Below, piece by piece: positions 53,101 through 64,000 of a DNA stretch of 64,000 nucleotides. This DNA is from Squalus acanthias (lineage: Eukaryota). Location: the NCBI GenBank assembly GCA_030390025.1, contig CM059432.1:75766001-75830000 (forward strand), in the 5' to 3' direction. Every line of letters begins with the position of its first letter. Positions within the stretch are counted from its first letter, which is position 1. Under the pieces are notes generated by a model. That model did not search any database. It was not told the DNA's origin and saw only the letters and a program-made list of their open reading frames with translations. The translations under genes were made by a program, and so were the position numbers.

Positions 53101-54725
53101 CCTCATACCTATGTAATTGGCTTTATTTAAGTTTAAGACTCTAGTTTTGGACTTAGGCAAGTCACTCTCAAACTTAATGTGAAAGTCTATCATATTATGA
53201 TCACTCTGCCCCAGAGGATCTTTTACTATGAGATTGCTAATTAACCCTGTCTCATTACACAATACAAGATCTAAAATAGCTTGTTCCCTGGTTGGTTCCA
53301 TGAGGTATTGTTCTAGGAAACTACATTCCATGAGCTCAACCTCCAGACTACCTTTGCCAATTTGATTTGTCCAGTCTATATGAAGGTTAAAGTCCCCCAT
53401 GATTATTGCATTACCTTTGTTGCAAGCTCCTACTATTTCTTGATTAATATTCTGTCCAATGGTATAGCTACTGTTAGGGGGCCTATATACTACTCCCACC
53501 AGTGTTTTCTACCGTTTGTTATTCCTTATCTCCACCCATACTGATTCTAGTTCATGATCTTCCGAGCTGAGATCCTTTCTCTCTACTGTCCTCATGTCAT
53601 CCTTTATTATCAGGGCTACTCCCCCTCCTTTTCCATTCTGCCTGTCTTTTCAAAATGTCAAGTACCCTGGAACATTTAGTTCCCAACCTTGGCCACCTTG
53701 CAACCACGTCTCTGTAATGGCTATTAGATCAAACCCATTTATCTCTATTTGTGCCACTAGTTCATCTATCTTGTTACGAATGCTTTGTGCATTCAGATAA
53801 AGAGCCTTTAATTGAAATTTTTTACCATTATTCCCTGCTTTGACCTTATTTTCTGCTGCCCTGCTACCATTAAACTCTCTGTTCCTTCCTGTCTCACACT
53901 GCTTATTTTTATCCAAATCACTACACTGCTCTCTTGCCTTGACCTTTCTCTTTAGATTTCTAAATTTCCCCTCACCTGACCCCCCCGACCCCCCTTTTTT
54001 AGTTTAAAGCCCTATCTACAGCCCTAGTTATTCGATTTGCCAGGACGCTGGTCCCAGCCCGGTTTAAGTGGAGCCCGTCCCAATGGAACAGCTCCCTCTT
54101 TCCCCAGTACTGGTGCCAATGCCCCATGAATTGAAACCCCTTCTTCCCACACCATTCTTTGAGCCACGCATTTAACTCTCTGATCTGCTTGACCGTATGC
54201 CAATTTGCGCGTGGCTCAGGTAGTAATCCAAAGATTATTACCCTTGAGGTTCTGCTTATTAATATAGACCCTAGCTTCTCAAACTCCCTTAGCAGAACCT
54301 CATTCTTAGTTCTACCTACGTCGTTGGTTCCTACATGGACCACGACAATTGGATCCTCCCCTTCCCACTCCAAGTTCTCCTCCAGCCTTGAGGAGATATC
54401 CTTAATCCTGGCACCGGGCAGGCAACACAGCCTTCGGAACTCTCTTTCGCGACTGCAGAGAACAGTATCTATCCCTGACTATACTGTCCCCTACTACTAC
54501 CACATTCCTTCCTTCTTCCCCAACTTGGATGGCCCCCTGTACCACGGTGCCGCGGTCAGTTTGCCCATCCTCCCTGCAGTCCTTTTCCTCATCCATACAG
54601 GTAGAAAGTATCTCATACCTATTGGATAAGGTCCAGGTCTGAGGCTCCTCCATCACTGCATCCTGGGTCCCCATTCCTCCCTGTCCCTGACCACTGACGA
54701 ACTCTAAAGTACTAGTTAACCTAAA
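50193..54725 (-). mobile_element. Near full-length degenerate CR1 LINE with esterase-type ORF1 and EN/RT ORF2
   Basis: ORF1 SGNH-like motifs VVVGDSIVR and VHVGTND (53999-54674); EN motifs YLNAQSIRNK, AITETWL, GVVYRPP, GDFN, SDH; RT fragments; 3' tail. Confidence 0.93.
51058..51813. mobile_element. H2-family MITE (family D) inserted in CR1 RT
   Basis: TIR GGGCTGGATTTT / AAAATCCAGCCC; reverse complement of 44781-45501. Confidence 0.9.
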
Positions 54726-55060
54726 GTATCATCAAAGAGAAGTTACACTGAGCTGTATTTAATAAGAAATTAGTTTCCTCGCCTCCGCCTTTGAAGATGA
54801 GAATTAGGAAGAACATGATAAATAATTAAGATGTACTTCATGTATTGTGGACACCGTTTTTCAGAAGAAGCGCTAATTATTTACGGGATCTATAATTTTA
54901 AATATTTTAAAAGATGTGTTAGTTAAAGGTAATTTTTGAAAGAAATCTTTGTATTTTTAGTGGACTTCCAAAAGGCGTTTGACAAAGTGGCACATAATAG
55001 GCTAGCCGGCAAAGTTGAAGCCCATGGAATAAAAGGGACAGTGGCAGCATGGAGACAAAA

Positions 55061-56905
55061 TTGGATTGGATTTGTCCTGCTTTTTGTGGACAGGTCAAAC
55101 CTGGGCAGTTTTCCACATTGTCGGATAGATGCCAGTGTTATAGCTGTACTGGAACAGCTTGGCTAGAGGCCTAGCTAGTTTTGGAGCACAAGTCTTCAGC
55201 ACGACAGCCGGGATGTTGTCGGGGCCCTCAGCCTTTGCTGTATTCAGTGCGTTCAGCCATTTCTTTGATATCACGTGGAGTGAATCAAATTGCCTGAAGA
55301 CTGGCTTCTGTGGTGGTGGGGGCCTCAGGAGGAGGCTGATATGGATCATCCACTCGGCACTTCTGGCTGAAGATGGTTGCAAATGCTTCAGCTTTGTTTT
55401 TTGCACTTACATGCTGGGCACCACCATCTTTGAGGATGGGGATATTCATGGAGCCTCCTCCTCCCATTAGTTGTTTAATGGTCCACCACCATTCACGACT
55501 GGATGTGGCAGGACTGCAGAGCTTTGATCTGATCCGTTGATTGTGGGATCGCTTAGCTCTGTCTGTAGCATGCTGCCTCCGCTTTTTAGCATGCATGTAG
55601 TCCTGTGTTGCAGCTTCCCCAGGTTGGCACCTCATTTTTAGGTACGCCTGGTGCTGCTCCTGGCATGCTCTTCTACACTCCTTATTGAACCAGTGTTGTT
55701 CCACTGGCTTGATGGCAATGTTAGAGTGAGGTCTATGCCAGGCCAGGAGGTTACAGATTGTGGTGGAATACAATTCTGCTGCTGCTGATGCCCCACAGCG
55801 TCTCATGGATGCCCAGTTTTGAGCTGCTAGATCTGTTCTGAATCTATCCCATTTAGCACAGTGGTAGTTCCAGACAACATGATGGAGGGTGTCCTCAGTG
55901 TGAAGACGGGACTTCGTCTCCTCAATGACTGTGCGGTGGTCACTACTACCAACGCTGTCATGGACAGATGCATCTGCGACAGGTAGATTGGTGAGGATGA
56001 GGTCACATAGGTATTTCCTTCGTGTTGGTTCTCACCACCTGTCGCAGGCTCAGACTAGCAGCTATATCCTTCAGGACTCGGCCAGCTCGGTCAGTAGTGG
56101 TGCTACCGAGCCACTCTTGGTGATGGACATTGAAGTCCCCCACCCAGAGTACATTCTGTGCCCTTGCTACTCTCAGTGCTTCTTCCAAGTGGTGTTCAAC
56201 ATGGAGGATTACTGATTCATCAGCTGAGGGAGGGCGGTAGGTAGTAATCAGCAGGAGATTTCCTTGCCCATGCTTGACCTGAAGCCATATGAGTCAATGT
56301 TGAGGACTCCCAGGGCCACTCCTTCCCAACTGTATACCACTGTGTCGCCACCCCTGGTGGGCCTGTCCTGCCGGTCGGACAGGGCATACCCAGGGATGGT
56401 GATGGAGGAGTTTGGGACATTGGCTGAAAGGTATGATTCTGTGAGTATGACTATGTCAGGCTGTTGCTTGACTAGTCTGTGTGACAGCTCTCCCAATTTT
56501 GGCACAAGTTCGCAGATGTTGCTGAGGAGGACTTTGCAGGATTGACTGGGCTGGGTGTGCCGTTGTGGTGTCCAAAGCCAGTGCCCAGGTCGATGCCAGG
56601 TGGTCCGTCCGGTTTTAGTCTTATTGTTTTTTGTAGGGTTTTCTTTTACAACTGAGTGGCTTGCTAGGCCATTTCAGAGGGCAGTTAAGAGTCAACCACA
56701 TTGCTGTGGGTCTGGAGTCACATATAGGCCAGACCAGGTAAGGATGGCAGATTTCCTACGATAATCTGATAGTTTCATGGTCACCATTACTGATACTAGC
56801 TTTTTATTCCAGAGTTATCTTAACTAACCGTGGTGGGATTTGAACTCACATTTCAGGATCATTAGTCCAGGATTACTAGTCCAGTAGCATAACCACTATG
56901 CTACC
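55061..56905 (-). mobile_element. Non-LTR retrotransposon (CR1/L2-group, distinct from the other CR1s here): tRNA-derived 5' head, no ORF1, EN domain and RT start; 3' part missing
   Basis: A-box TAGCATAGTGG (56903-56893), B-box GTTCAAATCC (56845-56836); PDIVILTESYL, GDFNVHH, WFNKEC, KAEGPDNIP...LKTCAP..LAKLFQ, PVHKKQDKSNP. Confidence 0.85.
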
Positions 56906-57715
56906 ATTCCCAGTGTTACCACTGAGTCAATCAAATCCATTTCCAAGTTTGGATCGAGTGTTACAACAATAGAAGTGTTACGAATAATGTGCGACAGAAA
57001 ACGCGTGAAGGGGAAAGTGTTATAGAAAGTAGTCTGACACTTATAGGAAGTGTATGTTACGCGGGAAATGTTTAATACATTATAGAACTGTTTAAATGGA
57101 GAAACCAGTGTCTAATGATGCTAGAAGCAGCAGAAAAAAAACTACAAAATACCATGAGAATTATTTCATTGCTAGTGACATTGTTGATTAATTTACAAAT
57201 GATTTATTGAATTTGCAAACCTTTCACTGAAGGAAATGTAATGGAGGTCCTTGCACCTCACATCCAGACTCTCTCAGGGCTGACTTTGACCACCTCTCCA
57301 TTTCCAAATTTGGATCAAGTGTTGGATAGAGTTTAATAAAATAAAAGCAGGCTTTTGAGAGTCATAAAGCAGGTTATCAGTCAGTACAGCCAAGCCACGT
57401 GCTAAGCTGTAACCAACTCCAAAGAACACATAATTATGCCTGATTCAGCAGGCTTTATTCTACCCACAGCTGAGCAATATAACTGAATCAACCAAATACT
57501 CCACCTGCACACACAGTAATTTCTGAACTTACGAACATGCATTCTGCTGTGTCTCAGAAGCTACATGGCAGTGGACTTATGTTAATACACACAGTCAAAC
57601 ATAATCATCTTTTCTCAATTCCTGGTAACAGTGAGTGACAGCCAGAGGTAACTCAAACCTGGAGTAAAAGAGCAATATTTTCCAATTACTACCACTACTG
57701 TGCAGGCTCTCCTAC

Positions 57716-58590
57716 AAAAAGAAAAGAAAGGCTTACATTTATATAGCCCCTTCGTAGGCTGCACCCAGGGAAACCAGCCCTAAGGATCGCTTGCAACAAA
57801 GAAGGTAAGTAACTCACCTAAATATGGAGCTGGGAAAAGCAGGAGTGCTCCTCCCAACCCCACTTTTAACCCTCCTCCCAATCGCCGCCATACCTGACCC
57901 CCAATTTTTTCGCTCCCAGCCTCCTTTCCCGACCCCTGATCCTGACTGACCAGGGGGTTTAGAACTGCCTCAAGGTGAACTAATTTTGGAAAGGGGACCT
58001 CAAACAGGCCTTAGGGCCCTCATTTGCTCAAGAAAAGGGTCGAACGTCTGTTCAGGCATGGGTAAAGGATACCTTGTAGTTGTGCTTACCAATATGGTGG
58101 GCTGCGCACTTCCTCCTGGAAATGTGCGCATACTTCCTGCCCGCCATATTGAGGCCTTAGTAGTCCGTGTAGCGCCTGAAAAATGGGTGCTGCGTGGACC
58201 AATTTCTAGGCTTTGAAGTGTAATCACTGTTGTAATGTAGGAAAAGCAGCAGCTAACTTACGCATAGCAAGCTCCCACAAACAATAATAAAATAAATGAC
58301 CACATTATCTGTTTTTTGGGTGATGCTTGAGGAATAAATATTGGCCAGGACACACTCCCCTGCTCTTCTTCGAATATTGCCATGGGATCTTTTACATGTA
58401 CCTGAGGGGGCAGGCGGGCCCTTGGTGTAAGGACTCATCCGAAAGACGGCAACTCCGACAGTGCAGTACTCCCTAAGTACTGCATTGGGTGTCAGCCTGG
58501 ATTATATGCTCAAGTAGACTGGAATCTCTGGAGTGGGGCTCGAACCCACAACCTTCTGACTTAAAGGTGAGAGTATTACCACTGAGTCAA
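57716..58590 (-). mobile_element. Near full-length Deu-SINE interrupted by a decayed MITE-like segment (about 57752-58211)
   Basis: A-box TGACTCAGTGG, B-box GGTTCGAGCC, Deu core, and tail GCTATATAAATGTAAGCCTTTC. Confidence 0.8.
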
Positions 58591-59114
58591 TGTAATTCTG
58601 TCAGGACAACCTCTGCAAAGAGGGCTCTTTAACAAAGCTTCTTTGCTAATCCCTTCTACTGGGGTTCAGTGGAAACTGCTGATGTAAACTTGTCAAGCTG
58701 TAATTACACCCACCTGCCAGCGGTGAAATGAATGCCTCAGTTTTGTATCTCCCAGCTCCTCAGCCTATATTGCAGAGAAACTCTTATGCTGCAACCATCT
58801 CTTACCTTCCAAGTTGATGCACAAATTAAAATGAACAAACTTGGGGCAAATGCACAGAATTATGGAAGATGTGCATGTAAATATTTTTATTAATATTAAT
58901 GAGTCCAAGTCATAAAATGGGTGCAAGCTCTTCAGCTCAGTAAATGCAGAAGATTAATGTAGGAATTGGTGCTGGTCATGCTCTCTCAATTCTGTACGGA
59001 TTGTGCACCTACTCTCCCAGCAAGCTAGACTGCTCAATCTGTCCTACAAACTGCCTTTAATGTAGTAAAATGCCACAAAACACTTCATGAGGGAAAGGAT
59101 TGGAGATTAAACAA

Positions 59115-61566
59115 GGATCTCTGATCACTTCCTTGTATCACTCTCCACCCATACCCCCTTCCCCCTCCCAACCCTGTGTTCGCCCCTGGAAAAATCTCTC
59201 TCCCAATTCACTAACAACAACACTTTCAAAAAACCAACTGTCCAGCCTTTGGCCTTTCTTTCACTATGACATTTCTGCAGCTACCGATCTGCTCAACCAC
59301 ACCCTCACCTCCACCTTTGTTGCCCTAGTCCCCATTAAAACCATTACTCTCTCTCACCCGGGTCATTCTCCCTGGTGCAGCCCTCATCTCCGCTCCCTTA
59401 AGTGCAAGCGATGCAGACTTGAACATATATGGCGGACAACTGGTTTAGCCATTCATCGCCAGAACTGGCTGGACCACATAAAGCACTATCAGGTCCTGCT
59501 CTCATCTGCCAAAACTGCTCACTATTCCAGTGTCATCCTGGAATGCAAAATAACCCTCGGCTTCTTTTCTCTACTGCAAACCATCTTCTGCATGGATTGT
59601 GCACCTACTCTCCCAGCAAGCTGGACTGCTCAATCTGCCCTATAAACTGCCTTTATTGTAGTAAAATGCTTCAAGGCACTTCATGACGGGAAAGATTGGA
59701 GATTAAACAGGGATCTCTGATCACTTCCCTGTCTCCTCCACCCTCACCTCCAATAACAAGTATGCAGAGCTCCTGGACTTCTTTGTCACTAAAATTGAGA
59801 CCATCCGTTTAGCTGCCTTTGCCACTTCCCTCCCTTCCCCCAGCCCACCGGGCCAAGCTTCTCCCCCTGCCCTAGCCCTGAATTTGCGTCTTTCTCTAGT
59901 TTCTCTCCTATCTCCCCTCATGCTCTCTGAGCTCATCTTGTCCATGAGACCCACCTCCTGCTCCTTCGACCCTATTCCCACTAAACTGCTGACCACCCAA
60001 ATTCCCTTCCTGGTCCCGATGTTAGCTGATATTGTGAACGGGTCTCGCTCCTCAGGTACTGTCCCCCTCCTTTAAAATCTGCTGTCATCGCCCCTCTCCT
60101 CAAAAAGCCAACCCTTGACACCTCCGTCCTTGCAAACTACCGCCCCATCTCAACCTCCCTTTCCTCTCCAATGTCCTTGAATGTGCTGTCATCTCCCAAA
60201 TTCATGCCCATCATTCCCAGAACTCCATGTTTGAATCCCTCCAATCAGGTTTCCCTCCTGCCACAGTACCAAAATGGCTCTTTTCAAAGTCACAAATGAC
60301 ATCCTTTGTGACTGTGATACAGGTAAACTATCCCTTCTCGTGCTTCTCGACCTGTCTGCAGCCTTGGCTCGGTTGACCACTCCATCCTCCTCCAACACCT
60401 CCACACCGTCATCTAGCTGGGTGGGACTGCACTCACCTGGTTCCATTCTTATCGATCTAATCATAACCAGAGAATTACCTGCAATGGCTTCTCTTCCCGC
60501 TCCCGTATCGTTACCTCTGGTTTCCCCCAAGGATCTATCCTTGGCCCTCTCCTATTTCTCATCTACATGCTGCCCCTTGGTGACATCATCCAAAAACACA
60601 GCGTCAGTTTCCACATGTACGCTGATGATACCCAGCTCTACCTCACCATCACCTCTCCCGACCACTCCACTGTCTCTAAATTGTCAGACTGCTTGTCCGA
60701 CATCCAGCACTGGATGAGCAGAAATTTCCTCCAAATAAATATTGGGAAGACCGAAGCCATTGTCTTCGGTCCCCACCACAAACTCCGTTCCCTAGCCTCC
60801 GACTACATCCCTCTCCCTGGCAACTGTCTGAGGCTGAACCAGACTGTTTGCAATCTTGATGTCATATTTGACCCCGAGATGAGCTTCCGACCACATATCC
60901 ACACCATCACGAAGACCGCCTACTTCCACCTCTGGAACATCGCCCGACTCTGCCCCTGCCTCAGCTCATCTGCTGCTAAAACCCTCATCCATACCTTTGT
61001 TACCTCGAGACTTGACTATTCCAATGCACGCTTGGCCGGCCTCCCATCTTCCACTCTCTGTAAACTTGAGGTCATCTAAAATCTGCTGCCTGTTTCCTAA
61101 CTCACAACAAGTCCCGTTCACCCATCACTCCTGTGCTCGGTGCCCTACATTGGCTCCCATTTAAGCAATGCCTCGATTTTAAAATTCTCATATTTGTTTT
61201 CAAATCCCTCCATGGCCTCGCCCTTCCCTATCTCTGTAATCTCCTCCAGCCCCATAACCCCGAGATATCTGCGCTCCTCCAATTCTGGCCTCTTGCATAT
61301 CCCTGATGTTAATCACTCCACCATTGGTGGCCGTGCCTTCAGCTGCTGAGGCCCTAAGCTCTGGAATTCCCTCCCTAAAACTCTCTACCTCTCTTTCCTC
61401 CTTTAAGATGGTCCTTAAAGCCTACCTCTTTGACGAAGCTTTTAGTCACCTGCCCTAATTTCTCCTTATGTGGCTTGGTGTCAAATTTTGTTTGATAACG
61501 CTGCTGTGAAGCACCTTGAGACGTTTTACTACATTAAAGGCGCTATATAAATACAAGTTGTTGTTG
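59115..61566 (+). mobile_element. 5'-truncated degenerate L2 LINE
   Basis: SDH at the EN end, DPIPTKLL, LVLLDLSAA, FHMYADDTQLY, SRLDYSNA; (GTT)n tail. Confidence 0.92.
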
Positions 61567-61719
61567 CTGAGTTAGAGGAGGGACTGAAAGATTGTGAAAA
61601 GGTAGGTTTTATGGAGGTTTTGATGGTGGCGAGAGATGTAGCAAGCTGGAGGAGTTTAGGAAGTGATTTTAGAGTGTAGGGGCATAGTAATGGGGGAGTG
61701 GATGGAGGGAGGGAACCTG

Positions 61720-62284
61720 GACTAGTGTGTGCAGTTTTGGTCTCCTTACCTAAGAAAGGATATACTTGCCATAGAGGGAGTGCAGTGAAGGTTCACCAGA
61801 CTGATTCCTGGGATGGCAGGACTGTCGTATGAGGAGAGATTGGGTCGACTAGGCCTGTATTCACTAGAGTTTAGAAGAATGAGAGGGGATCTCATTGAAA
61901 TGTATAAATTCTGCCAGGGCTAGACAGACTGAATGCAGGGAGGATGTTTCCCCTGGCTGGGGGGTCTAGAACGAGGGGTCACAGTCTCAGGATACGAGGT
62001 AGGACATTTAGGACTGAGATGAGGAGAAATTTCTTCACTCAGAGGGTGGTGAACCTGTGGAATTCTCTACCACAGAAGGCTGTGGAGGCCAAGTCACTGA
62101 ATATATTTAAGAAGGAGATAGATAGATTGATTTCTAGTCACAAAAGGCATCAAGGGGTATGGGGAGAGAGTGGGAATATGGTATTGAGATAGAGGATCAG
62201 CCATGATCATATTGAATGGCGGAGCAGGCTCGAGGGCCGAATGGCCTACTCCTGCTCCTATTTTTCTATGTTTCTAGGTTTCTA
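61720..62284 (+). mobile_element. CR1 3' fragment
   Basis: RTRGHSLRI...FFTQRVVNLWNSLP plus 3' hairpin and tail. Confidence 0.9.
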
Positions 62285-62789
62285 AAGCTATAAAGCAGCC
62301 TGACCTAGAGGAGCAGAGTGTGTGAACTGGGACTTAGGGCTGGAAAGGATTATAGTGGGAGGGAGGAGCAAGGCTATAGAATGATATGTAAAGTAGGGCA
62401 AACATGAGAGAGATGGATATAAATTGTTTACTGATGATTGGAAAATGTTTCAGTTTAACTATTTCAGGACAGACTATAAGATTGGGAGAGAGAACGCCAT
62501 GTATTGTCAGCTGGCGATAGGAACTGCCCTAGAGTGTCAGCCTCAGGAGCATTTGACGTTTCAGAATCCAGTCAAAGTGTGGTGCTGCTGATTGAAATTG
62601 CCCTTCAGTAATGATCTCAGAGGTATATTTAAGGTTTGATGAGCTTTCCTTGGCTGTGTTTCATTTGCTTCAGATTAAGTAAAACTGGGGAGCATTGCTT
62701 GATTATAAAGTAGACTGTGTGGTATTGATGTAACTTTTCTGACATTGGAAACATACTCCTGCGATGTAGTAACTAAAAAAAAATCCAAA

Positions 62790-62890
62790 AGGGAGAACAG
62801 AAAATGCTAAAAATGAACAGCAGGTTGGTTAGCATCTGAAATATAAAGATAGATTAATATTTTGGGTTTGACCCATCATCAGAATTGGCG
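62790..62890 (-). repeat. Penelope-type terminal-repeat remnant with decayed hammerhead-like core
   Basis: Minus strand CTGATGA-TGGGTCAAACCC-AAAA; same arm family as 27295-27480 and 43960-44380. Confidence 0.45.
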
Positions 62891-63541
62891 CATTCAGTCT
62901 GCATGAGCCCTTTTATAGACTGATGAGGGCAAGTTTGGACATGGCCAAGAAAGCAAGTTCACAACTACTATGTGCTTCTAATTAGAAAAATTGAATTTCA
63001 TCGCTATTAAAAGCTACAAAAAAATACAGATCGGGATCTTCAAAACACAGCCTACAATCTGGGGCTTGAGCAGATAATGTTGCTCTCCTGTAGATTCCTC
63101 AACAAGCCAGGACCAAGTATATTATTACAGGGTTTAACTAGGTCCCATGGGTAAAAATTGCTTTTCTGTCAGTGTTAGTAATACAACTGTTCAATGTTCC
63201 ATGTATTAAATACAGTCAGAAGGTGGTGAGAGTGAAATAGAACACTGTTGTCAGGATGAATAGTTTTTAAATCAGATAGGTTGCTGAACATTGGCGAGTG
63301 AAATGGAGTTTGGTGAGTCTTGTGTTTGGGAAACAAAATGATAGAATGATGGATGACCACTGTGATAGTGTGTTTGAAACGGTGGATATTTCTGTTGCTA
63401 AACTAAAGTATACAATCCTTTTTATGATTCAGGATTTGAAATAGGAAGCAGTAATGTTGGGCAAGGTGTCTGATTTCAGTCAGATTAAGGACAATGAACA
63501 TAGAAAGGTGAGATAGAGAGAAAGAAACCAAAGCACATAAT

Positions 63542-64000
63542 GGGCTGGAAATTGCGGTCGGAGGCTTCCCGCGGGCAAATGCCTCCGAACCGCATGAAAA
63601 GTATGCAGCTACCTGGTGCCTCGCATCTTCGGACTCTTGCGGTCCTGGGCCTGCAGCTGTGCGTAAAGGCCCACGTATCCCAGGGAGCATGTGGTTTGCA
63701 AGCGTCCCTGGAATCACGTGGGCTGGCCCAACCAATCACAAAGGAGGATTCCCATTATGCTTATGGGGATTCCATTTACGTACAGAATCCCCATAAGCAT
63801 AATATTAATCCCCTAAAAAGTACATTTTAGCAACACTGAAATAAAAATAAATCCTCACGTTAAAAATGAATGAATTTTTTTTTTTTTAAATGGGTCAAAA
63901 ATAACCTAAAACTAATTTGAGGTTTTTGAATGTTTAAATTATTTTTAAAAATGTATTTTAATATTTATTTAAACCCTCATGCTGGTAAAAGTAGGCCTTA
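63542..64000. mobile_element. MITE related to family A, running off the window end
   Basis: GGGCTGGAAATTGCGG start; colinear with 43106-43610 (GGCCCACGTATCCCAG, TCACGTGG, CCAAT, ATGCTGGTAAAAG). Confidence 0.75.

Noticed and set aside
56520..56600. 2A-like peptide upstream of the endonuclease of the tRNA-headed LINE
   Set aside because: The reading PSPVNPAK does not fit the DxExNPGP consensus.
56936..57323. 27-bp direct repeat (56936-56962 and 57297-57323) as LTRs or element ends
   Set aside because: Too short, with no TG...CA ends, primer-binding site or coding content between the copies; probably a small local duplication.
58520..58590. tRNA genes at the A/B-box sites (also about 1720-1787 and 56836-56905)
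   Set aside because: No complete cloverleaf is evident, and each continues into a SINE or LINE body.

Overview
Eukaryotic (vertebrate) genomic DNA, most likely from a cartilaginous fish: the repeat repertoire includes an HE1-like V-SINE, SacSINE1-like Deu-SINEs and abundant CR1 and L2 LINEs. The only host-gene piece I can support is one 198-nt internal coding exon of NKAIN3 (+, 37227-37424), so the window is probably mostly NKAIN3 intron. The rest is densely nested transposable elements. These include at least six PIF/Harbinger elements or remnants (HARBI1-type DDE transposase convergent with a spliced Myb/SANT gene), several Harbinger MITE families with 3-bp TSDs, many CR1 and L2 fragments, SINEs, and Penelope-type terminal-repeat remnants with hammerhead-like cores. 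The most unusual observations are: (1) an ORF1-less LINE whose 5' end is a tRNA-derived Pol III promoter head and whose sense strand has no TTTT over about 1.85 kb, plus a SINE sharing its 5' body; (2) a 36-bp x8 tandem array whose unit is a hammerhead-like core; (3) a Harbinger whose transposase lost the DDE domain in frame but kept an open ORF; (4) an inverted duplication that preserves the empty site of a later CR1 insertion; (5) multi-level nested insertions with readable TSDs. All family assignments come from recognising motifs by eye; no database searches were run.
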